Shown piece by piece: positions 15,693-24,000 of a stretch of DNA of 24,000 nucleotides. The notes under the pieces were generated by a model. It searched no databases. It worked only from the letters and a program-made list of their open reading frames with translations, and was not told the DNA's origin. This DNA is from Klebsiella phage KMI9. Numbering within the stretch: position 1 is the first letter of the stretch; the number at the start of each line of letters is the position of its first letter. The translations under genes were made by a program, and so were the position numbers. The stretch is taken from the sequence record MN101223.1, one strand, 5' to 3'.

Positions 15693-16360
15693 CGTTTCTT
15701 TCCTATACTGTTTTCGTCTGTCTCTTCTAAGGATGGAGGTTCTTCCAGCCCCAGGGCATAACGTTTAGCATAGATTAGCATCAATGCATCTTTAGCGCAA
15801 TCATGAATTGAATCATGCTGAATGAATCCATCTAACATGCCTTTACGTAGTGGACACGTGGTCACACCGCGAGTCAGTAAACGGTTTTCAATAGCTGTAC
15901 GCACATCACGGCTATTCCAGAATACGGTCGGCATATCTTCGAACGTGTCAAGTTTCCCTGTCATAGTTCGTACAACGTCGGTTAGCATAGAACGATCGAA
16001 TTCAGGGCCGCGCGTATAATCGTATGACTGCCAACGACTCACACCGTCAGCCGCTAAATCAGCAAAGAATTGTCGATGACCTTCGTACAAATCCATGTCG
16101 ATATCGGAAGGGAACAAAACCCTTTGCGCTTCTTTAGATTGCTGTTTCCACCATTCGATCGTTTTTTCATCTTTGATGCGTTCTGGTTGTTTCCGGATGT
16201 CGAATTTATACTTTCTTCCTTTAGCAATCAGTTCCTGAAAGGTAGGCGGATCATAAGGATCATCAACAAAAGGAACATAGCTAAGTTCAGCTAGTTTTCC
16301 TTTTGGAAACGGGCCAATACTTTCATAATCAAATACGAAATCTACGGGTAAATGACTCAT
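15689..16360 (-). CDS. dexA: DexA-like 3'-5' exonuclease
   Basis: DFVFDYESIG, STIxWW-like EKTIEWWKQQS, FWNSRDVRTAIENRLL, TTCPLRKGMLDGFIQHDSIHDCAKDALMLIYAKRYALGLE match T4 DexA. Confidence 0.95.
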   Translation of the reverse strand: MSHLPVDFVFDYESIGPFPKGKLAELSYVPFVDDPYDPPTFQELIAKGRKYKFDIRKQPERIKDEKTIEWWKQQSKEAQRVLFPSDIDMDLYEGHRQFFADLAADGVSRWQSYDYTRGPEFDRSMLTDVVRTMTGKLDTFEDMPTVFWNSRDVRTAIENRLLTRGVTTCPLRKGMLDGFIQHDSIHDCAKDALMLIYAKRYALGLEEPPSLEETDENSIGKKR

Positions 16361-16641
16361 TCGCGACCCCGCTTATACGATTCCATGAAATAGGCCAATG
16401 ATAGCGCGACTTCCGGAGTAACATCAACGGATTCGATCATGCCTGGAGTTACCGCCATCATCCCGAACTGACGAAGCCCACAACGAGCAATCGATTTTTC
16501 CAGTCGGATCATGTTTTCTACAGCCTCTGCGAAATTGTCCAGATGTTCCCAATCGTGGTAATCTTCCATTGTAGAACGATCACTTTTCAAAATCAGATCG
16601 GCAACCAATTCAGCATAAAGGCGCGGAAGGTGAATATTCAT
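16357..16641 (-). CDS. Hypothetical protein, 94 aa
   Basis: ORF in operon orientation; 4-nt overlap with dexA. Confidence 0.65.
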   Translation of the reverse strand: MNIHLPRLYAELVADLILKSDRSTMEDYHDWEHLDNFAEAVENMIRLEKSIARCGLRQFGMMAVTPGMIESVDVTPEVALSLAYFMESYKRGRE

Positions 16642-16950
16642 TTAAAACCCCTCAAGCATGTTTTTGTTTTCACGAATGTTACGACCCATTTTCAAGGTAT
16701 CAATGATCACTGCATACTCTTCAAAAGTGAATTCGATATCTTGTGAAATGTTTCCCCATGTGTAGGTCGGCCCGTTAGGACAGTATAACCCAACTTCTTT
16801 GTTTGCGTTGACAACGCAGCGCAATTTTGCAAACAGCAAATTGATGTCGATAGAATTAAACCCTTCGAGATAATCAAGCCCCTCTCTACCAATACGGTCA
16901 ACTTCTCGCAAAATCTTTTCTACATCTTTGACTTTAACAATAATTTTCAT
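16642..16950 (-). CDS. Hypothetical protein, 102 aa
   Basis: ORF in operon orientation with GAGG Shine-Dalgarno. Confidence 0.65.
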   Translation of the reverse strand: MKIIVKVKDVEKILREVDRIGREGLDYLEGFNSIDINLLFAKLRCVVNANKEVGLYCPNGPTYTWGNISQDIEFTFEEYAVIIDTLKMGRNIRENKNMLEGF

Positions 16951-16959
16951 AATAACCTC

Positions 16960-16976
16960 AAAGGGCCGAAGCCCTT
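16960..16976 (-). terminator. UUCG hairpin overlapping dda stop (weak terminator or processing signal)
   Basis: - strand AAGGGC-TTCG-GCCCTTT; short U tract. Confidence 0.5.
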
Positions 16977-18303
16977 AGACATAATCAACAGTGAATCGTG
17001 CGCGGGTAGTTCCTACATAAAGCAACTGCTTACACAATTCATAATCGGCGTATGCGTATGCATCGCGCGTATACATGTATGAATGATCATACGTGCTTCC
17101 CTGACCTTTGTGATACGTACAAACCGGAAGTGCCTTAACTGTCTGGAACTTGTTTTTGATTTGCCAGAACGAATACCAGGGGGCTTTGTATCCAGTTTCC
17201 TGTTTCATCTTCTTATACTGAAACGCGACGTAGTTCAAATAATCGCCTAAACGTTCCTGCATAACCGGATCCGCGATAACCTGAATATCCGCTTTCGTAT
17301 CCTCGAACATCGATTCTGTTTTCATCAAGAAATAATCGATTTGTACCGGATCGCATCGGTCAGCTTTGATAGTATCAGAACGCGGTATGATTTCAAGGAT
17401 TTTAATTTGCTCGTTGTTGTTATAGATAACTTCAACAAACGAAACCCCATTCACACGGCCTTCTGTCACTAACGGTTCTTGCATCACAACCACTTCACCA
17501 ACAATGAACGGCTGATCAGTTTTGTACAAGTGTTTGCGGATCACTGCGTTTAACTTGTCTACGTTTGCGTTAGTGTAAGCAAACATACGGTTATTATTCA
17601 GGTCATCCGGAGTCTTAACACGGCTAAAATAACGTCTCAGGAAGTCACTAGCGTTTTCGTGCTTCATTACCCCTAGTTCACCATTCATGAGGGGCATTAA
17701 CGGCTTACCGTCGCGTATAGCGCGTGATACCTGGATGATTGGGTTTCCTTCTGCCTGACGCATAATCTTATCCATGCGAATGACATCAAAAATTTCCTCA
17801 TCAAAGAACGGTGAAAGCTCGGTGATCCCTTCTGTATTAACCGGACGGATCTGATCCTTATCACCCAATCCCAGGATCACCGCACAACTCGGAATAGTAC
17901 GCTTGATGATACGGAATAGTTCTTTGTCAACCATCGATACTTCTTCAACCACAAACACACGACATTCAGACAGATCAGCGGCTTTTTTGCCTTTTTGCTG
18001 TTCAAATACTCGTAACTCTTCGTTGGTTACGGGGCTGATTTTCAGTGCTGAGTGAATGGTCGTTGCATCCATACCCACCGCCTCAGAGAGAACGTTTTTA
18101 GCCTGGTGTGTCGGCGCTGTCAACCAGATCCCACTAATACCCAGTTTTTTCAATGTTTCAAACACAAATTTTACCAGAGTAGTTTTACCAACACCAGGCC
18201 CACCTGTGATAGTAGTATGGATTTTGTTTCTGATATTTTTAATCACTCGATCATGTGCATTTTTCTGGTCTTCGCTCAGATCGTCAAAAGTTAATTCGCT
18301 CAT
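16975..18303 (-). CDS. dda: Dda-like DNA helicase (SF1)
   Basis: TITGGPGVGKTTLVKF, LTAPTHQAKNVLSEAVG, VFVVEEVSMVDKELF, LGDKDQIRPV, LPVCTYHKGQGSTYDHSY, QLLYVGTTRARFTVDYV match T4 Dda. Confidence 0.96.
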   Translation of the reverse strand: MSELTFDDLSEDQKNAHDRVIKNIRNKIHTTITGGPGVGKTTLVKFVFETLKKLGISGIWLTAPTHQAKNVLSEAVGMDATTIHSALKISPVTNEELRVFEQQKGKKAADLSECRVFVVEEVSMVDKELFRIIKRTIPSCAVILGLGDKDQIRPVNTEGITELSPFFDEEIFDVIRMDKIMRQAEGNPIIQVSRAIRDGKPLMPLMNGELGVMKHENASDFLRRYFSRVKTPDDLNNNRMFAYTNANVDKLNAVIRKHLYKTDQPFIVGEVVVMQEPLVTEGRVNGVSFVEVIYNNNEQIKILEIIPRSDTIKADRCDPVQIDYFLMKTESMFEDTKADIQVIADPVMQERLGDYLNYVAFQYKKMKQETGYKAPWYSFWQIKNKFQTVKALPVCTYHKGQGSTYDHSYMYTRDAYAYADYELCKQLLYVGTTRARFTVDYV

Positions 18304-18590
18304 ACTTTAATCAATACCCCTTGAATACTTGCGTGTTCAATAAACCAACGCATATCTTTCTTTTTCTTTTCGGTTACGGTTTCAACTTCTTCCTTTCGAA
18401 AGAATCGGCTAAGACCACTTTGTTTAACTGGATTCATCTTATCATGATATTCTTTGATAATCGAATTTTTATACTCGTTAGCATCGTCCGGAGATAGAAA
18501 CAACAAAGGTGTTAACTCTCCTTCCTTAATGAAGGGAATTTTAAACCCGTCTTTATCCTTACTAACGACGATATAATATTTTGTAATCAT
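18300..18590 (-). CDS. Hypothetical protein, 96 aa
   Basis: ORF with 4-nt overlaps to both neighbours. Confidence 0.65.
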   Translation of the reverse strand: MITKYYIVVSKDKDGFKIPFIKEGELTPLLFLSPDDANEYKNSIIKEYHDKMNPVKQSGLSRFFRKEEVETVTEKKKKDMRWFIEHASIQGVLIKV

Positions 18591-18826
18591 TCTCGCCCCT
18601 CATAACAAACGTAGAATATTCCAACAAACCAAAACACTGATAGTATAATCAGTAAAAGTTTTCTTTCAACGCCATTTACGTGAAACACACACCAACCGAA
18701 AAGATATGTGATCATCGCGCAAACACCATAAGAAAGAACCCCAACAGCTACTAGCATCAAAAAGTGCCATTGATCGATACCATAAATATAATAAAGGAGA
18801 TTATACATGATATCGACCGTAAACAC
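18587..18826 (-). CDS. Hypothetical membrane protein, start uncertain (GTG 18826 or ATG 18808)
   Basis: Two hydrophobic segments; the start region faces the + strand cassette. Confidence 0.6.
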   Translation of the reverse strand: MFTVDIMYNLLYYIYGIDQWHFLMLVAVGVLSYGVCAMITYLFGWCVFHVNGVERKLLLIILSVFWFVGIFYVCYEGRE

Positions 18827-19004
18827 AATAGTTGTTCATGCTCATTATACAACAACCCCCGTATTTGAAGGAGATATCTACACGTTCAAATACACTTTTC
18901 CTATCGAACAGATAGTTCAATTAATGAAAAATAGACATCCTATCGGATGGATTACCCCAGCAACAAAACATCTACTAAGGAACACCATCGATGGACTACC
19001 GTAA
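18807..19004 (+). CDS. Small ORF, 65 aa, paired with HNH gene
   Basis: ATG preceded by AAAGGAG at 18793-18799; overlaps the HNH start by 14 nt. Confidence 0.4.
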   Translation: MISTVNTIVVHAHYTTTPVFEGDIYTFKYTFPIEQIVQLMKNRHPIGWITPATKHLLRNTIDGLP

Positions 19005-19650
19005 AATTTACACCAATCTTATAGAAAAAGCAAGAGATAGAACACTAAATTGTTACACAGAAAAGCATCATATCATCCCCCGATGTATGGGAGGTTGTGA
19101 CGATCATGATAATTTAGTAGAACTTACCGCAGAAGAACATTATGTAGCCCATCAACTTCTTGTCAAGATGTATCCACACAATAATAAGTTGATATATGCT
19201 GCTAATATGATGTGCGTCAACGCAACACAGAGAAATAATAAAGCATATGGATGGATCCGCAGAAAGTGGATATCTCAGATATCAAAAGACAGGACAGGGA
19301 CAAAGGCAACAGAAGAACAACGCAAAAAGATGTCAGAATCCCATAGGGGAGACAAAAACTCTATGTATGGGTTACGCGGTGATAATCATCCTGCTTATGG
19401 TCAAAAACCCTGGAGAAATCAAATAACAATGAAAGGAAAGCATGAATGGAGGTATGCTGGGATTTTCTATGACTGGTATATTAACGATATTAAAGCTGGA
19501 ATCTATAAAAGACAAGGACACAAGAGAATGCTACAAGAATTGCAAATTGCAACAATCTCCCGTGTTCCTAGAACATCAATCGAGTTATTCAAAAAGGGGT
19601 GGAACCCTTACGAAGATACCGATTGGGTTGAGTGGGCTAATAATCAATAG
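18991..19650 (+). CDS. HNH homing endonuclease with NUMOD3-like repeats
   Basis: TEKHHIIPRCMGGCDDHDNLVELTAEEHYVAHQLL and SESHRGDKNSMYGLRGDNHPAYGQ; antisense to the surrounding operon. Confidence 0.9.
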   Translation: MDYRKIYTNLIEKARDRTLNCYTEKHHIIPRCMGGCDDHDNLVELTAEEHYVAHQLLVKMYPHNNKLIYAANMMCVNATQRNNKAYGWIRRKWISQISKDRTGTKATEEQRKKMSESHRGDKNSMYGLRGDNHPAYGQKPWRNQITMKGKHEWRYAGIFYDWYINDIKAGIYKRQGHKRMLQELQIATISRVPRTSIELFKKGWNPYEDTDWVEWANNQ

Positions 19651-20180
19651 CTGTTGGCCCAACGACGAAGATTTTCGGCTTGTTTAAGAGCGTACATCTT
19701 ATAAATTGTTTCTGCATCCATACCCAATGCAATAAACTTACATAGTACAAAGTGGAATTGGTCGATCATTTCAAACAGAACTTCTAAACGATCCTCTTCA
19801 CTCAGATCCGCAAATTTAGTATTGCGCAATTCCTGGTGATTTGCTTTCCACGGTTTCCAAACACCGGACGCAGGTTTAACACCGCGAGACATTCCACCCA
19901 GAGCGGTATACAATTCGCGGGTTTCATCGGCGATCGCGTCGTCTTGCAGTTTCAGCCAATCAAGGATTTCTCCGCAAGTTTCCAGATTATCCGGACGCGG
20001 AACCCAATGCAGGGTATCAGACAGGCTTTGTTGTGCATGGTTTTGTAAATCCAGCATGGATTGTAAAGGATCGCCATTACGGGCCAGAACCTTTTGATAT
20101 TCGGAATCTACAAATTCCAGATCTTCCGGGTTAACCAGGTGCGCACATGAATTAAATACAGGAGTTTTATCAGTAGTCAT
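19644..20180 (-). CDS. 56: dCTPase/dUTPase-like (T4 gp56-like, all-alpha NTP pyrophosphatase)
   Basis: NSCAHLVN start, LETCGEILDWLKLQDDAIADETRELYTALGG, LFEMIDQFHFVLCKFIALG; genomic neighbour of primase. Confidence 0.8.
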   Translation of the reverse strand: MTTDKTPVFNSCAHLVNPEDLEFVDSEYQKVLARNGDPLQSMLDLQNHAQQSLSDTLHWVPRPDNLETCGEILDWLKLQDDAIADETRELYTALGGMSRGVKPASGVWKPWKANHQELRNTKFADLSEEDRLEVLFEMIDQFHFVLCKFIALGMDAETIYKMYALKQAENLRRWANSY

Positions 20181-20187
20181 ATCAATC

Positions 20188-21213
20188 TCATTTTTTCGGT
20201 GATTTGTCCCACGACTTAAATCGAAGTTTTGCCGTGAGTCCAGAAACAGTATTATCTTTCAAATACTGCATAATTTCAAGTTTAGTTGCGCCGTCCGTTT
20301 TTATCATTTCGTTGATATCTTTGGAAGGCCACGGGCATTTATCCCACATTACAACCTTTTCTCCAGCCTCGATCAATTTAAAGAGGCGGTGAGTAGTATC
20401 CGGATGACGTGCTTCATTGTCAAGAACCCAGACACGCATATTTTTATACGGAACCTCAGAAAGTGCAAGCTGTCCACCAGTGATAGCGCCAGCATTATCA
20501 ACAAACAGGCTATCTAACGGCCCCTCAAGAAGATAAACCGTTTTTAGCGGATCTATCGTATCCTGTCCGTAAATCTTGGTTGATTCCTCACAGGCTTTGA
20601 TTGTGATATATTTCGACTTTGCACCGTCACGTAAAGCACGGCCCTGGAAAGATTCTATTTTACCTTTCTTATCGAAGATAGGGATCACTAATCTCGGTTC
20701 TGGTTTTGCGATCGGATAGGTATCCGGATTCACCGTATTAACCAGTTGTTGCCATTCGCGAGTAAACCACAACCGTTCCCACTTGTCACGGGGAATACAA
20801 CGATTCTGCACATATTTTATGATCGGATGTTCATCCGGCAAGGTATCTAACCTTTCGCAGAATTGAAGAGTAGGAATAAATTTCTTCTCTTCCTTTGGTG
20901 GTTCTGTATGTGTTGGCTTTAACGAATTGCGATCCTTAAACGATTCCATGAGATAATCACGGTAATCGTCTGGATAATATTCTTTCAGGAATACGCTAAA
21001 CGGTACACCATAACCACAGTTAAAACAACCACAATTCATATGATCACCCTTTTTAGAAGGGTAGATCCAAAATCGTTTTTTGTACTTGTCTTTCATTGAG
21101 TCGCCGCAAATAGGGCAACGCGCATTGATGCTTAATGCCCCCGATTTACGAACGATTTCGCTTTGAGGCAATGATCCCATTATTCGGGTTGCAAATTCTA
21201 TATCAAGATACAT
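20188..21213 (-). CDS. 61: DNA primase (T4 gp61-like)
   Basis: CPICGDS...CGCFNCGYG zinc motif, HPIIKYVQNRCIPRDKWERLWFT, YVLEGPLDSLFVDN-like LLEGPLDSLFVDNAGAITGGQL, RVWVLDNEARHPDT match gp61. Confidence 0.95.
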   Translation of the reverse strand: MYLDIEFATRIMGSLPQSEIVRKSGALSINARCPICGDSMKDKYKKRFWIYPSKKGDHMNCGCFNCGYGVPFSVFLKEYYPDDYRDYLMESFKDRNSLKPTHTEPPKEEKKFIPTLQFCERLDTLPDEHPIIKYVQNRCIPRDKWERLWFTREWQQLVNTVNPDTYPIAKPEPRLVIPIFDKKGKIESFQGRALRDGAKSKYITIKACEESTKIYGQDTIDPLKTVYLLEGPLDSLFVDNAGAITGGQLALSEVPYKNMRVWVLDNEARHPDTTHRLFKLIEAGEKVVMWDKCPWPSKDINEMIKTDGATKLEIMQYLKDNTVSGLTAKLRFKSWDKSPKK

Positions 21214-21216
21214 TTC

Positions 21217-21477
21217 TTACCTCAGTTGACTATCTTTAGATCCTCGTCGATTATACCCCGCGCTGATCATTTCGTCATGTTCTTTTTGGCATTCAATACA
21301 ATAACGGCAACCCTTCACGATAACCCTACGTTTTTCGGGTATCGGATCCCCACAATCAAAACAATGCGTTAATGATTCTCCGTTTCTGATTTGAGAACGT
21401 GCAAAATCTATCGCATTGTCTATTGTTGCCTGAATGGTATCTTGAACACCGTCAGCAGGGCCAAATCCAACCGCCAT
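21217..21477 (-). CDS. TraR/DksA-family C4 zinc-finger protein
   Basis: CFDCGDPIPEKRRVIVKGCRYCIECQ. Confidence 0.85.
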   Translation of the reverse strand: MAVGFGPADGVQDTIQATIDNAIDFARSQIRNGESLTHCFDCGDPIPEKRRVIVKGCRYCIECQKEHDEMISAGYNRRGSKDSQLR

Positions 21478-21507
21478 TGTAAATCCTCCTAATCAAATGA
21501 TTTCAAT

Positions 21508-21536
21508 ATCATAGACTAAGAGGATTTTTCTGTCAA
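21508..21536 (-). promoter_or_regulatory. Strong sigma70 promoter
   Basis: TTGACA (21531-21536), 17 bp, TATGAT (21508-21513), upstream of the TraR-like/primase/gp56 genes. Confidence 0.8.
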
Positions 21537-21751
21537 GAACTTACTTGCTTTTCTGTTCCGTCAAGCATTAACTTCCAACCACGAAATGCTTGTTTAAACG
21601 AATAATTTATTGCAATATCAATTTTATCAGAACCTTTTCGACGATTCTGATAAACGGTCGCGTTGTCACTCATATACATGATACAAATTGGAAACCATGT
21701 ATAATCGTTAGCAGTAGCCCAGATAGTGATATTCAGCGGAGGAATTATCAT
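21533..21751 (-). CDS. Hypothetical protein, 72 aa
   Basis: ORF in operon orientation with 4-nt overlap. Confidence 0.6.
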   Translation of the reverse strand: MIIPPLNITIWATANDYTWFPICIMYMSDNATVYQNRRKGSDKIDIAINYSFKQAFRGWKLMLDGTEKQVSS

Positions 21752-22236
21752 TTCTTTTTCCTTTTCCCTGCACGGGTAACGCCTAATACTTTCGGCCCGA
21801 TGTTGGTTACTGCTCCAGTAGTCACACCAGAAGCAATCTTTTCTGTATCGCCGCCAGAATCACCCGCGACCATATCCTCTAACATGCGCCCCTTATCATA
21901 ATATTCTTTGAGGCGTGGAACGTTCAACATGATTTCTTCATGCTCTTGTTCTGTCAGATTGTAGCGATTGCGTAGGGTATCATATGAACTGGTTAAGTTC
22001 ATAAACCCACTCATATACGGAACAGCATTCATTCTACGCTTGATATGGCGTACTGAACGATGAAAAGGAGAATACGCTTCTAACTCTTCTTTTGTTTTGG
22101 GGTTGCGAATTACTTCGCCTTGTCCATCAAGGATCCCCAGCTTGTACGCAGACCACTCAGTAAATGGTTTTTTCAGTAAACGAATCATTCGCACACTGTA
22201 TGTTAAATCCATATTACGAATCATTTGATCACTCAT
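21748..22236 (-). CDS. Hypothetical protein, 162 aa
   Basis: ORF with GGAGAT Shine-Dalgarno; 4-nt overlap with the HNH-AP2 gene. Confidence 0.75.
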   Translation of the reverse strand: MSDQMIRNMDLTYSVRMIRLLKKPFTEWSAYKLGILDGQGEVIRNPKTKEELEAYSPFHRSVRHIKRRMNAVPYMSGFMNLTSSYDTLRNRYNLTEQEHEEIMLNVPRLKEYYDKGRMLEDMVAGDSGGDTEKIASGVTTGAVTNIGPKVLGVTRAGKRKKK

Positions 22237-22784
22237 GATGATCTCCTTTCTAAATTAATATTACGTTTTATTTGTTCTGTTACAACTGCTTGATGTGCTT
22301 CTTCGGGAGTAGCAAACAATCCCAAATTTATCTTTTTCCCTTCAACTGTGATTCTTCCTCTCCATAACACACCTTTTGTCTTCGTTTCATGTTTAGATAC
22401 ACCGATGTAACCGCTAGAGTTAGTAGACGGTGCTTTTCTGTTTATCGCATTCAGAGATTGGGTTAGTTCTCTTAAATTACTGATACCATCACCAAATTCA
22501 ACCCCACGCACATGATCTACTATTTCAGGTAGATATCCATGAACATAGTAAAATATTAGTCTATGTCTTCTGTACTGTTCGTTGTTAAATTTTATAACGT
22601 GATATCCTTTTGCATTGGGGCTACCAGCAACATCACCAGGCTTTATCTTTCGTTGGTTAGAGTTTGGAGTTTTCCACAACACAATTCCCTTTTCCGTATC
22701 AATAGACAGATTAGGAATTAACAGATCCAATCCTTTCTTTTCTTCGTCAAGGGTTCGTTTTCCACTACCGTAACTTTTTTGCAT
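22233..22784 (-). CDS. HNH endonuclease with AP2 DNA-binding domain
   Basis: RRHRLIFYYVHGYLPEIVDHVRG....ISNLRELTQSLNAINRK (HNH) and SGYIGVSKHETKTKGVLWRGRITVEGKKINLGLFATPEEAHQAV (AP2). Confidence 0.9.
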   Translation of the reverse strand: MQKSYGSGKRTLDEEKKGLDLLIPNLSIDTEKGIVLWKTPNSNQRKIKPGDVAGSPNAKGYHVIKFNNEQYRRHRLIFYYVHGYLPEIVDHVRGVEFGDGISNLRELTQSLNAINRKAPSTNSSGYIGVSKHETKTKGVLWRGRITVEGKKINLGLFATPEEAHQAVVTEQIKRNINLERRSS

Positions 22785-22789
22785 GATTA

Positions 22790-23566
22790 TTACTCTATTG
22801 TGAAAGTGAATAAATCAGATTTGGTTTCAGGTTCAAACTCCATACAAACAACCTCGCATAGTGGTTTAACCCCTTTCCAATCCTCCAGGTAATACCCAGT
22901 ATCTATACCGCATCCAGGATTCATAACGAGGCCAGTTTCATCAAGAAACTTTTTGCATTTACTTGATGTGGTGCTGTCATCTTGTCGGAAACAGTGTGTT
23001 TTCGAATACCGGAAATTTGCAGACATTTGAGGGATTATGAAAGTTCCCTGACGCGCGATCTGTGATGCACGTTCGATTACTTTATACTCAAATTCCGCCC
23101 CTGTATACTTACCCTTAAAATCAGATGTTTTGATTTTACCAAAAGGCGGATTACTGATCGCCATATCAAACACCTGATTAAATTCAGTTGTTAAGGCGTC
23201 TCCATGCACCCAGGAGGCTTCTGGTACGATACGCTTACCTAACTCATAGTATGTGTGATTTAACTCAACACAGACGATTTCGCGCGGCGTATTGTACATC
23301 ATGTAATGAACCATAGCGAAAGATAACCCACCGATACCAGCACACAGGTCAATAACACTTCCACCTGTGCAAGCATCGATTGTGAAATCGCGAGCAAGTC
23401 CAATAGGGGTAAAGAACGCCCCTAATTCAGAATTGTTTGTAAACGCGCCTTCATGAAAGTTTTCAATGATGAACAACTTCTCTTCGTAAGTTAGCGCTTT
23501 GTCAGAGTGAACCAGATCCATTATCTGATTGTGTTTCTTGGTTTCCGCTTTCGTTAACTTTGCCAT
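22790..23566 (-). CDS. N6-adenine DNA methyltransferase (NPPF type)
   Basis: VIDLCAGIGGLSFAMVHYM (SAM motif I), VELNHTYYELGKRI, MAISNPPFGKI (motif IV). Preferred ATG at 23566; the track extension overlaps the next ORF. Confidence 0.85.
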   Translation of the reverse strand: MAKLTKAETKKHNQIMDLVHSDKALTYEEKLFIIENFHEGAFTNNSELGAFFTPIGLARDFTIDACTGGSVIDLCAGIGGLSFAMVHYMMYNTPREIVCVELNHTYYELGKRIVPEASWVHGDALTTEFNQVFDMAISNPPFGKIKTSDFKGKYTGAEFEYKVIERASQIARQGTFIIPQMSANFRYSKTHCFRQDDSTTSSKCKKFLDETGLVMNPGCGIDTGYYLEDWKGVKPLCEVVCMEFEPETKSDLFTFTIE

Positions 23567-23798
23567 TGTCCCAGCTATACAATAATGTTGATTCATTCGG
23601 ATAGAATTCCCATCCGTCCACGTATCCGGTTTCCCAGTCAGTAGTTTGTTCAAAACCACAGATCCATTCATATACACCCGGAGGCATTTCGACAGAATCA
23701 GGAAGCCCGATATCTTCCGCACTGCGTCCACATTCAAAGAATGCATCATGAATGAATGAATGGTCGAGATAATACCGTAACATAACCTTCATCGTCAA
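23502..23798 (-). CDS. Hypothetical protein; start uncertain (track start is TTG; ATGs at 23792 and 23783)
   Basis: ORF in operon orientation, overlapping both neighbours. Confidence 0.5.
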   Translation of the reverse strand: MTMKVMLRYYLDHSFIHDAFFECGRSAEDIGLPDSVEMPPGVYEWICGFEQTTDWETGYVDGWEFYPNESTLLYSWDNGKVNESGNQETQSDNGSGSL

Positions 23799-23895
23799 CA
23801 GCTACGATCCAGCGCGAACTATGAGGACTATCGAACTTCGGTTCTTCTTCGTCCATATCCGCTTTTATTTCAGCCTTACAAAAATCAATATTCAT
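23746..23895 (-). CDS. 49-aa acidic protein absent from track (MNIDFCKAEIKADMDEEEPKFDSPHSSRWIVAVDDEGYVTVLSRPFIHS)
   Basis: Manual translation; GAGGG Shine-Dalgarno and ATGA coupling to the upstream stop. Confidence 0.5.
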   Translation of the reverse strand: MNIDFCKAEIKADMDEEEPKFDSPHSSRWIVAVDDEGYVTVLSRPFIHS

Positions 23896-24000
23896 TTCAA
23901 ACCCTCTTTAACACCCTCTTTCATAGCTTTCCAGGTAGAACCCGCTTCACCATTCAGGGCGGCGAATACAAATAGTAAGATAGCAAGGACAAGATTCACG
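23892..24000 (-). CDS. Small membrane protein, possibly truncated at window edge (...NLVLAILLFVFAALNGEAGSTWKAMKEGVKEGLK)
   Basis: Manual translation; hydrophobic N-terminal segment, stop TGA at 23892-23894. Confidence 0.5.
   Translation of the reverse strand, partial: VNLVLAILLFVFAALNGEAGSTWKAMKEGVKEGLK

Noticed and set aside
22790-23749. Long N-terminal extension of the MTase (MMHSLNVDAVRK...)
   Set aside because: The extension is out-of-frame overlap with the adjacent ORF; the ATG at 23566 with GGGA upstream is the better start.
1-24000. CRISPR arrays, tRNA genes, prophage integrase or retron-like structures
   Set aside because: No regularly spaced repeats, tRNA-like cloverleaf, integrase or reverse transcriptase motif was seen by eye.

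Overview
The window looks like an early/replication region of a T4-related (Tevenvirinae-like) myovirus. The left edge (+ strand) carries the C-terminal end of a probable tail-fibre gene, a terminator and a T4 t-like holin. Almost everything after about 970 is on the - strand: rIIB, rIIA, topoisomerase II subunits 52 and an unsplit 39/60, a MazG-like protein, DexA exonuclease, Dda helicase, gp56-like dCTPase/dUTPase, gp61 primase, a TraR/DksA-like zinc protein, an NPPF-type adenine methyltransferase, and many small hypothetical ORFs. Two HNH-type mobile endonuclease genes are present; one is antisense to the operon. The best leads are: (i) two tandem, translationally coupled small ORFs resembling DUF2829/Tad2 (Thoeris anti-defence); (ii) a repeated element in which an intrinsic terminator hairpin carries the -35 box of the next sigma70 promoter; (iii) a promoter class with an invariant 6-nt gap between the -10 box and a conserved ATCGAAACG start-site motif; (iv) a small accessory-gene block at about 12.7-15.4 kb; (v) several small ORFs missing from the supplied track, including a 54-aa zinc ribbon. 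All homology calls come from remembered family sequences and motifs; no searches were run.
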